64,000 nt of DNA, taken from contig NC_083425.1 in NCBI RefSeq assembly GCF_020745735.1, forward strand, positions 35,947,575 to 36,011,574, in the 5' to 3' direction. The notes beneath the pieces were generated by a model, which did no database searches, was not told the DNA's origin, and saw nothing but the letters and a program-made list of their open reading frames with translations. Positions 1 to 9,879 of this stretch are shown here, one piece after another; the first letter of the stretch is position 1, and every line of letters begins with the position of its first letter. This stretch comes from Hemiscyllium ocellatum (lineage: Eukaryota). The translations under genes and the position numbers were made by a program.

Positions 1-700
1 ACTTACAAAATGCATTGCAGTAACTAAAGTTACTGTCCACCCAACTTTCAAACTTGTGACTCCTACTATCTAGATTGAGCAAGGCAGGTAAACAGCAAGC
101 TACACACCATCTTGACTTGGAATTACTATCACTGCTCCTTCAGTATTGCCAAGTCAAAAGCCCTGGTTTGCACAGCATTACTGTTACCATACCTTAAATC
201 ACATGGACTGCAGTAGCTCAAACAGGCAATTCACCACCACCATTTGCCATGTTTTTTTAATTAAATTCATTCAGAGTGCAGCCATCAACAGTTGAGCCAA
301 CATTCATTGCCCATCCCCAGATGGCCTTGAGAAGTTGGGGGATGAGCTGTCTTCTCAAACCACTGCAGTCCATTGGTTGTAAGTAAACCCACAATATCAT
401 GAGGGAGTGAGTTTCAGGAATTTGACCCAGCCACACTGAGGAACAGTAATGCATTTCCAAGTCAAGATGGTGAGTGGCCTGAAGGGAAGATTACAAGCAG
501 TGGTGCTCCAATGTGTCTGTTGCTTCTTCCAAATATTGGAAGGTGCTGTCCAAGACATTTTGGATGCACTTCTGCAGTGCATCATGTTGAAGGGACACAC
601 TACTGCTACTAAGCTGTGGAGGGAGTAAATTTTCTCAGTATATCAGCTGGGGAATGCATTAAAGGCTTGCTTCACCAGTGACGACAACATCCAATAAAAT
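1..700. mobile_element. Two opposed L2-like LINE 3' fragments
   Basis: 1-245 resembles 33400-33640 on the plus strand; 260-700 is the same family reversed. Confidence 0.5.
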
Positions 701-759
701 AATTTTAAGCAAGTGTATTCGTGCATCATTGCAGTAAGAATCAGTAAATAAAACAGTAA

Positions 760-1075
760 GGGCGGCACGGTGGTACAGTGGTTAGCACTGCTGCCTCACA
801 GCGCCAGAGACCCGGGTTCAATTCCCGACTCAGGCGACTGACTGTGTGGAGTTTGCACGTTCTCCCCGTGTCTGCGTGGGTTTCCTCCGGGTGCTCCGGT
901 TTCCTCCCACAGTCCAAAGATGTGCAGGTCAGGTGAATTGGCCATGCTAAATTGCCCATAGTGTTAGGTAAGGGGTAAATGTAGGGGTATGGGTGGGTTG
1001 CGCTTCGGCGGGTCGGTGTGGACTTGTTGGGCCGAAGGGCCTGTTTCCACACACTAATCTAGTAATCTAATCTAA
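760..1075 (+). mobile_element. HE1-type tRNA-derived SINE, young copy
   Basis: gggcggcacggtggtacagtggttagcactgctgcctcacagcgcc head with A/B boxes; LINE-like tail ending (CTAAT)n; CpGs intact. Confidence 0.85.
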
Positions 1076-1569
1076 AACAAATTTGCAGCAAAGAAGGAGT
1101 CCATTTGGCTCCTTGTATCAACACTAGTTGACAAGTCGCCATTGAGCCTTAGATCACTACCCAACTCTTCATCTGCCATATTGAAGATGAATAGGACTTC
1201 CAGTGCACATTCAACTGCTATTTAAATGGATAATCTCTGCTTCTTTAACACCTTCAGAGTTCCAGATTCCCACCATCTTGGGGTTAAAAGTGATTTTTAA
1301 ATCAAGTTTGACTCCTACCCTAAATGTGTCATTTGACCCTTCAGCTAAGGGGAATTTGGGCATTCTCAACTCCTCCATCCTCAGTTTTGTACAAGTCAAT
1401 CGCATCTCTCCTCCTCTGACTAGTGTTCCAAAGAGAACAAATGAATGTCAATAGACATTTTATTAGGGTAGGTAGGGCAGATGAAGAATTTAACACCAGT
1501 GTTAATTGGTGCATTGAAATGTAAACTGTTGAATCTGGCTGACTGGTGACAATTTGATGGACAAAATGG

Positions 1570-1858
1570 AGTGGCACAGTGGCTAGCACTGCTGCCTCAC
1601 AGCACAGGGTCCCTGGTTCAATTCCAGCCTCGGGTGACTGTGCAAACCCCACACACATTCTCCCCATGTCTGTGTGGGTTTCTTCCCACAGTCCAAAGAT
1701 GTGCAGGTCAGATGAATTGGCCATGCTAAAAATTGCCCATAGTGTAAGGTGCATTAGTCAGAGGGAAACGGGTCTGGGTGGGTTACTCTTTGGAGGGTCA
1801 GTGTGGACTTGTTGGGCCAAAGGGCCCATTTCCACACTGTAGGGAATCTAATCTAATC
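1570..1858 (+). mobile_element. HE1-type SINE
   Basis: Diverged copy of 760-1075. Confidence 0.8.
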
Positions 1859-1859
1859 C

Positions 1860-2745
1860 TTTAGAAGTTTGGGTTTTCAGTTTGCGTATTCGGCAGATTT
1901 TTGTATGCCTGAGGTTAATAATTAACTTAGAATTTCTGTGGCCTTGGTGATTTATTCCATAAGTGTTTCAGGCAAGGCTGCAGAGTGAATGGATTTTATG
2001 CATCACTAATTGATTCTTGTTTATCAGACTGTTTTGAAATACACCATGCAACTAATGATGCTTGCACATTAGTCAAAACACTAACGTGTTTTGGTTTGAA
2101 AAGAAAGAGCAGAAAGCAAATAGCTGAGATGGAGACATTTGGCTCCAATTTGACTTAGTGTAACAATCCAGTGAAGATGGCTGTACAGACTGGTCCTCCT
2201 GAGAAGGGAAGGAGATATTGAACTAGGCAATGTTCAAGTGAAGAGTTAGTGTTAATCCAAACTAGGTGAATGGGGGTGAAATGTCTCAAGGTTACTTAAA
2301 GCTAAGTCCATACAAACTCAGATCAAGGAAAAGAACTGGTCTCCCATTCCAATCTATTAGTTGAAATTAGAGCTGACCTAACCTGACTAAGTTCTTAGAC
2401 ACAGGAATTCAGGTGAAAAAAAGTATGGCATGAGTACTGTTTTGGGTACTATACAGTAGCTTTAAAAAGTTGAAATGAATAAAAACAGGAGTGTTCTCAG
2501 ATTATGCTTTGAGTATGTGGTTAAAAGTCTTTATTGTACAAGTAGATAGTTTGGTTTATTCAATTTCACCATTTCTATTCATAAACTTTGGTTTATTGTT
2601 AAAGCCAAAGATAAAATTTTGCACAATGTTTCAGCAAATTGATTTTGTTTTAAACAAAAAAGTGGTCATCAAAATATGATGCACCAAGCCAGATTTCAGT
2701 CTGGGATCACCAATGTCAGTAATAATGTCACCTGGGATTCTCACA
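1860..2745 (+). mobile_element. LTR-like segment (a possibly similar element lies at about 43240-43915, minus)
   Basis: Ends ctgggattctcaca, resembling shark LTR 3' ends as recalled; boundaries uncertain. Confidence 0.3.
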
Positions 2746-3715
2746 GTCAGAAGAGAAGAGTAAGGACAAACTGCACAATTCTAAACAAAAAGTCTTGAGC
2801 AAATCAGTGGTCTAAGCACAGAGAGCTGTGCATAAATTCACAAACATGACTAGCCAGGTTGAGAAAGTGTATGGAACCTATGCTTTAGAAATTAAAAAAC
2901 GGTTAAATAGGACAAAAGCAAAGAATTTGTGACAAAATGAGCCTTAAATAGAGTTGTTACTGATTTTGAAATGACAAAAGGGATCACTGAGGTCTTATGA
3001 TAAACATTTCAAGAATGACAAGCCTGTGTTGCTGAAGTCAATTGGCCAAGCTGTTATAGTTTTTAAAAGGGAAGCTTAGAAAATTTGATATTAGTGCTCT
3101 AAAACCATAACGCATCTGCACAGAATAGGTCAAGAAAAATTGGTTCCTGTTGATGAAAAGGTTGAGAAGAGATCACTAAATTAAGCTGAATGGCAAATGT
3201 TAAGGCAATGAAATAAATTATATTTGGAGCTAGAATTTGAAAGATACCGAGAACATGGTAGATTCAAATCAGAACTGCATAATCTGGAGAAAACTAAGTG
3301 AAAAAGCAGAAGTGGAGCCAACAGTATTAGACAGCCAGTACAGTCTCAGCATTCCAAATGGCTTCTTTGCTACACTCATTCTATGAGATCACTGTAGCTT
3401 AAGAGTTAGGTTAATCTTTTCTCATTCTTTTTTGGAGGATATGATCCTGTAGTTCTGAGATGATCTAGTCATTTGCCATTATCAGATAAAGAAGCAATAC
3501 TTGAATTCTGCACTGTGGGGCCCCCTTTCATTCAGCTTCTCACTGGCGAAGGGCAAAGTGTTTATTCACACCTCTTCCCCTCCACCCCATTTGTCTCTAC
3601 AATGCCCCAGTCTACTGGGGCAAGATGATTCAATTACTAATTTCAAACTTTCAAACCTAATCCTATCCTCAAATATCCTCCTACAGTTCAGTGGGCACTG
3701 GCATAATTCAACAGC

Positions 3716-3809
3716 CAGAGCTGAAAGTGTGTTGCTGGTTAAAGCACAGCAGGTTAGGCAGCATCCAAGGAACAGGAAATTCGACGTTTCGGGCCAGAGC
3801 CCTTCATCA
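3716..3809 (-). mobile_element. Penelope terminal fragment
   Basis: Same module as the 18.7-kb palindrome arm (TGATGAAGGGCTCTGGCCCGAAACGTCG on the minus strand). Confidence 0.7.
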
Positions 3810-4225
3810 CCATGCCACTGATTCTTATCCTTTACCTTGACAGCCCCTTGAAAATTTGACAATATCTTGTTCACTGCTCAGGCTGTCATTTGTAAAGCTT
3901 GAAATTAAAACAAAGAGCAGATCATTAATGTATGGAAGACAATTGACATCCTAATAATCATAACCAGGGATGAATGAATACTTCCCTCAAGTGTATGGAA
4001 ACAGCACATTTGCTATTTCTCTCCACTGTCCTTTTGCCAATTTCAGACACATGCCGCCAAAGTCCCTTCAATGCCACTAGTTTCAATTTTGTTCACAATT
4101 TATCCATATACTTATCAAATACTTTTGACATTTCGACAACCAAAATATTGACAACCTTCAATGTTACTTAAAATGAACTCAAAAGCTACTCAAATAACTT
4201 GTTTAAAAGCAAATTAAATGCTAGC

Positions 4226-5232
4226 CTGTGACAAATGGAGTGCCACAAGGACTGGTGCTGGGTCCTCTACTTTGTCATTTACATAAATGATTTGGATGCG
4301 AGTATAAGTGGTACAGTTAGTAAGTTTGCAGATGACGCCAAAATTGGAGGTGTAGTGAACTACAATGAGCGTTACCTCAGATTACAACAGGACCTGGACC
4401 AGATGGGCCAATGGGCTGAGAAGTGGCAGGTGGAGTTTAATTCAGATAAATGCTGCATTTTGGGAAAGCAAATCTTAGCAGGACTTATACACTTAATGGT
4501 AAGGTTCTCGGGAGTGTTGCTGAACAAAGACACCTTGCAGTGCACGTACATGGCTCCTTAAAAGTGGAGTTGCAGGTGGATAGGATAGTGAAGGCAGCAT
4601 TTGGTATGCTTTCCTTTATTGGTCAGAGTACTGAGGACAGGAGTTGGGAGGTCATGTTGCAGCTATACAGGACATTGCTTAGGCCACTGTTGGAATAATG
4701 CGTGCAATTCTGGTCTCCTTCCTATCGGAAAGATGTTGTGAAACATTGAAAGGGTTCAGAAAGGATTTACAAAGGATGTTGCCAGGGTTGGAGGATTTGA
4801 GCTGTAGGGAAAGGCTGAACAGATTGGGGTTGTTTTCCCTGGAGCGTCGGAGGCCGAGGGGTGACCTTATAGAGATGTACAAAATTATGAGGGGCATAGA
4901 TAGGATAAATAGACAAAGTCTTTTCCCTGTGGTGGAGTCGTCCAAAACCAGAGGGCATAGGTTTAGGGCGAGAGGGGAAAGATAGAATAGAGACCAATGG
5001 GGCAACGTTTTCACAGAGGGTGGTACATGTATGGAATGAGCTGCCAGAGGAACTGGTGGAGGCTGGTACAATTGCATCATTTAAGAGGCATATGGGGATA
5101 TGAATAGGAAGTGTTTGGAAGGATATGCCAGGCTGCTGGCAGGTGGGACTAGACTGGGTTGGGATATCTAGTTGGCATGGATAGGTTGGACCGAAGGGTC
5201 TGTTTCCATGCTGTACATCTCTATGACTATGA
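4226..5232 (+). mobile_element. HER1/CR1 LINE 3' fragment
   Basis: YINDLD...SKFADD RT motif; FSLERRRPRGDL; 3' tail tctatgactatgac. Confidence 0.9.
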
Positions 5233-6456
5233 CATGTTCTTCTCTCACCCTTCTCTGCACTACAGAAAAAAAAACATGGATTTAAGAGAAATTCCTCATT
5301 TATGGCACCTTTCTGGGAAGTGTTCTCTACACTCTCTAAAATGTGGGTACGCCATTGAATACAAGACTCCAGCTGATCTTGACCATTCAACCTTGCATAA
5401 AGTAATGCAGATTCTTTGTTTTAGTATATTCATGTCTATCTGTGCAGCCAAAGATACCACACAGGGGTCTTGGCTGTTGATACGTTCCTATACATGCAAT
5501 TTCTTGTTTGGCTTTTAATTATTCTAACTAACTATTTTGTAATAACTACTTGAACTGCTAGATAAAGAAAGCAGTATTTATTTTGTCTTCATCTTATCAT
5601 ACACTCTGGCCTTACCCATTAACTTAATACGACCTCTCACACCATTCCAACATGGATAGATAGTATTCTAGCCCTTCAAGTAAGCCAGGCGTACCTGGGG
5701 AATGGGTCAATTTTGATGTGTTCAATGTACCCAATAATGAAATATTGTTGAAGCTCAGATAGCACAGAGGTGAACAAGAGAACTGAGGGGGTAACAGTTT
5801 GTAATAGGCTAAATGGAGCAGTGGACAAGTTATGTGGACATGGTAAACTCTACCAAATTACAGTAACAGAAGATGTCATGAGTGAGGAAATTAAAGTAAT
5901 TATTATGAGCAGAAATGAGTACAGTACTGGAGAAATTCTCAAGAGCACATGGAAACACCTTAGACTGCACAAACCGTGGGTGCATTGGCTTTGATTTTCT
6001 AACATTCTTCAAACAATGAAACGGTCCCAACAGGATCCACGTCAGCAAATGTGACATCACTAATTCAAGAAAAGATAAAGCAGAACAATAGCCCAGTTAG
6101 TCTGACAGTTGTTCACAAAGTGTAAAGCCTATTAAAGGGGGTCTCATCATACCCATTATTCAAGGTGCTGCACAAAGGTTAATAGGCAACATTAGGTATG
6201 CCTCATGGAAATGGTTGGTTGACAGACAGGAAGCAAAAGCTAGAAATATGGGACATTCATCCCACAATAATCAGACCTGGGGACTCAACAATTTACAATC
6301 TTGCATTAAATTCAAATAAAGATCAAGAAGGTCATGTAACCAAATATATGGCAAGTTTACCCCATGATGACAAGCTGAATTAATTGGTGCTACACTTTGC
6401 AATTACAATAAGGGGTGTCTGAAATACTCAAAAATCCACAAGAATTTCTAGGATGA

Positions 6457-6797
6457 AGGCATAACGGCTCAGTAGTTAGTACTGCTGCCTCACAGCACCA
6501 GGGACCCAAGTTCAATTCCAGTCTCAGGCAACTGAGTGTGGAGTTTGCACATTCCTCCCATGTCTGCATGGGTTTCCTCCAGGTGCTCCAGTTTCCTCCC
6601 ACAATCCAAAGATGTGCAGGTTAAGTGAATTGGCTACGCTAAATTGCCCAGTGTTCAGGCATGTGTAGGTTAGGTGCAATAATCAGAGGTAAATGCAGAA
6701 TAATAGGGTAGGGGAAATGGGTCTGGGTGGGTTACTCTTCAGAGGGACAACATTGACTTCTTGGGCCAAATGGCCTGTTTCTACACTGTAGGGATTC
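6457..6797 (+). mobile_element. HE1-type SINE
   Basis: Diverged copy of 760-1075. Confidence 0.8.
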
Positions 6798-7437
6798 TTC
6801 AAAAGGGACAAGATGTTCACAGCTGAAATTAAGTCTCCTAACTCAAAAACCAGCATTAACACATTTAGAACCAGGAAATAAATACATTTTGGCCTCAGGA
6901 AATCAAGGAATTGAGGAAGCAAGCAAAAACAGCTGAAACCCAAGGTAGGCCTATATTTGTATTGAATGGCAGAATAGCTTTTCAGCCATAGAGTACTCCA
7001 GTTCTCGCCTGTGACAGTGAAGGGAGATCAAAGACAACAGCACAAAGCCCTAAGCATAGATACTCTACTGTACACCCCAAACCTGGTATCATATGAAGCC
7101 AATATGTAATCGGACATCGCATGAAACGCCACCCAAGTCCTACTGGCCAGTCCCAGTCACTACCTAGCAGGGGTTTGGTGATTATTGGCCAATCATAGAC
7201 CCTCTCCAGTCCATGGAAGACTCTCTCAGTCTGGGCCCCCACTCAATACTCCTGGATCCACATCACCCTCTAACTCTACTCCTGTGTCAAGAAGGAGGCT
7301 TTATGCACTGACACCCACTCCACTTCACACCAACCCACTGCCCTCCCTCGACCCCACTGCCCACCCGTGTGCCCACACAGACCATTCTCCTCCCCTCCCC
7401 TGCCCTGCCCTGCCCGAGGGTATTCCCACCTCCTCAC

Positions 7438-7620
7438 CTGGGTACCGGCAAAACGGGCACTGACAACGCCGACCATTGAGCTGCTGCTGACGTTATCACT
7501 CACGATGTCGATCACGTGACCCGGATTTTAAACGCGCGCGCAACCGCGTGAGAGCCACGCGTGCGCAGTTCTCATCCCCGATGGCGGAGTCACGTGATCT
7601 GTTCCAGTCTCGAATTCGAA
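7438..7620 (-). promoter_or_regulatory. CpG-island promoter and first exon of an unidentified minus-strand gene
   Basis: Dense CpGs; two GTCACGTGAT E-boxes (7511-7520, 7589-7598); GCGC/NRF1-like and ATGGCGG YY1-like motifs; strong donor CAG|GTGAGG at 7438/7437 followed by G-run-rich intronic sequence. Confidence 0.7.
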
Positions 7621-7968
7621 AATGTCAAATTCATTGCTATTCCACAATCAATGCACACACGCCCAACGTACAAAAATAGGTATAGATAAATATACCTAAA
7701 TGTGGGCACAGAAATATATGTAAACAATTAAGTTGTACGTAGATATGCATAAGGATACAGCATCGGACAATAGGCTTTGCTTTGTTTTGCAAGTTAATGC
7801 TGTAGATCTTGTGCCAGCAGTGACCGTTAAACCACAAGCATTCGCTGTCATTTCCCATATGAAACCGCAACAATTTCTGGAGTCTGCGCGAGCACTTCGT
7901 GCAGCAATCGATTACAGTGATTATGCAGTTCCCCACACTGCTGTAATGTTAAAATCTTTCTCTCCCTC

Positions 7969-8005
7969 AGTTCTGAAGAAGGATCACTGAACCGAAACGT
8001 CAACT
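7969..8005 (+). ncRNA. Minimal hammerhead motif in a Penelope 3' end (element extends to about 8062)
   Basis: AGTT-CTGAAGA-A-GGATC(ACT)GAACC-GAAA-CG-TC-AACT; stem I AGTT/AACT intact, one stem II mismatch. Confidence 0.5.
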
Positions 8006-8299
8006 CTGCTTTCTCTCCACAGATGCTACCAGATCTCCAGCAATTTCTGTTTTTGTTTCAAAATACTATCAGTCCTTTCGTCCTTGAACTAGGCTTCCAG
8101 TAATTCTTCTCACTATCAACAATCGTACCTTTCCTTTATTTACGACCTACCATCTTCCTATATTGCATACCCGCAAACGTGTTCCTGGAATTTAGTCATG
8201 TGGTATTGACGGACAGGATACTTGCCCACTGTTGGTAAATGTCATTGAAGTTGGGTCTCCTCTGGGCCAGCAGTCCTTTATCAGTAATTGTGAGGGAAA

Positions 8300-8490
8300 T
8301 TGAGAAGGCTTTCAATGTCTCGATTGCACCTTTCTTCGAAAAAGAGGGGACGTCTAAATGGGTTGCACTTCCTCGGGATGCACTGCAATGTACACTAAAT
8401 CTAAATTATTGAGCTTAAGTCCTGAGTGTGGGTTTTAAAATCACAACCTTCTGACTCACATGTGAACCTGCTATCCACTGAACCAAGGTA
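8300..8490 (-). mobile_element. DeuSINE/SacSINE1-like tRNA SINE remnant
   Basis: Minus strand reads ggttcagtggatagc...tgagtcagaaggttgtg...cccacactcaggactt. Confidence 0.45.
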
Positions 8491-9638
8491 AACACACCGA
8501 ATATCCACGCCAACCGTCCCTCTTGCTGAACATGTGTCTATACGAAAAGGTAGACAGCGACAATGGTGACGCTGAGTATCCATAATGCATGGCGCCAAGG
8601 AAAGTACTGTATTAATTACTGATACAGACCGCGCATGCTCATATGTCTTCTGAGGTTTCTGAGCTGCTGCAGTGAAAAGGAAAGTGTTGTTTTGAGAATA
8701 GCAGGGATATCTGGAAAACCAGCACGAGGAACTTACATTGGTGCCATGAATCTTTCCTCTGGTACTGCATTGCACAGGCCATTGCAAGCAACACTACTGT
8801 CTAATCATCCCTTTCAATCATTCCAGAGAATTGCTAATTATCAATAAATAATCCTTAATGCAGACGTCCGTGACTCGAAGACAGCTTTACCTTTCGCTCA
8901 AATGTTGATGCGGAACACCAGTTGAGGGAAATCTTGAGGGGGTAAGCAGTCCACTGGTTAAAGTCAACTCTAGCACTAAAGAAGCTAAAAACCGAAACAA
9001 CTTGGATGAGTGTATGAATAGCAAGGGTTTAGAGGGATACGGGCCAAATGTTGGCAAACAGGGCTAGATTAATTTAGAAAGTCTGTTCGGCATGGACAAG
9101 CTGGACCGAAGGGTCTGTTTCCATGCTGCATATCTATATTACTCCTATAGCTGCAGATGCTGGAAATCAGAAATAGAAAAAGAATTTTGCTGGTAAAGCT
9201 CAACAGATCTGGCAGCATCTAAGGAGAAAAGTCAGAGTTAACGTTTCAGGTGTACTGACATCGCAGAACACTAATAAAGATATTTATGGTGTTTGCAGCC
9301 AATTATCCCAAGTACGAGCACTTAGTTGCAGGTGTTCCTCAGAATGATGTCCTCAGCCCACCTACTTCCAATCATAAAGTTAGAAGTGTCAATGGTCTCT
9401 GATGATTGCACAATGTTCAATACCAAGCACAATTCCTCAGGTCACTAAATTAAAACAAGATGTGAGTAACATTCCATCTTGTGCTAACAAGTGACTTCAC
9501 ACAACACAAAACCAGACAATAAGCTTTTTCAACACTCGAGAATCTAATCATGATCTCTTGACATTCAATGGTATTCCCCATTATCAGCATAGTTGGTTCT
9601 CCGCTGAAGAAAAATAATCAGAACATGTGTAGTTTCTG

Positions 9639-9689
9639 AAACTTACCTGGCAGGGAAGATATCTTGATCTCGAAGGTGGATCCACCAGG
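9639..9689 (+). pseudogene. U1 snRNA 5' fragment (nt 1-51), head of a Tx1-type chimera
   Basis: ACTTACCTGGCAGGGAAGATATCTTGATCTCGAAGGTGG; 36/41 and 42/51 ungapped identity to vertebrate U1 as recalled; stem-loops II-IV and the Sm site are absent. Confidence 0.85.
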
Positions 9690-9879
9690 ACTGGTCTGAG
9701 CTGACAAACTTCATAATCAGAAGATTTTCAGATCATCGCTGGATTGTGATTGCAAACAGAACTTGGAGGATCATTGGTTGAGCTGAACTGCAATTGATGG
9801 ATCTTTTTGCTGGCTCTGCCCTAACGCCAATTCAGTGACCAGCCAACCAGAGCCATCGCCTCTGCTAGTGTATGTGCCC

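Noticed and set aside
760-840. tRNA gene
   Set aside because: The A/B boxes belong to SINE heads, and no complete cloverleaf is evident here or at other SINE copies.
741-1052. Duplicated small-protein ORFs (also 44031-44225)
   Set aside because: They are antisense readings of HE1-type SINE copies.
5300-5487. Coding exon ERINSQDPC...HFPER in frame with the orphan first exon
   Set aside because: Purine-rich acceptor, weak donor and no recognisable homology.
6950-7050. Exon 2 of the orphan gene (tcacag|GCGAGAAC)
   Set aside because: It overlaps a decayed CR1 3' tail and has no good donor or ORF.
7581-7990. Plus-strand gene from the 7.5-kb promoter (MAESRDLF..., ORF 7733-7990)
   Set aside because: Short ORFs without recognisable homology that run into a Penelope end.
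9639-9810. Functional U1 snRNA gene
   Set aside because: Similarity ends at about nt 51; stem-loops II-IV and the Sm site are absent and loop I is mutated.
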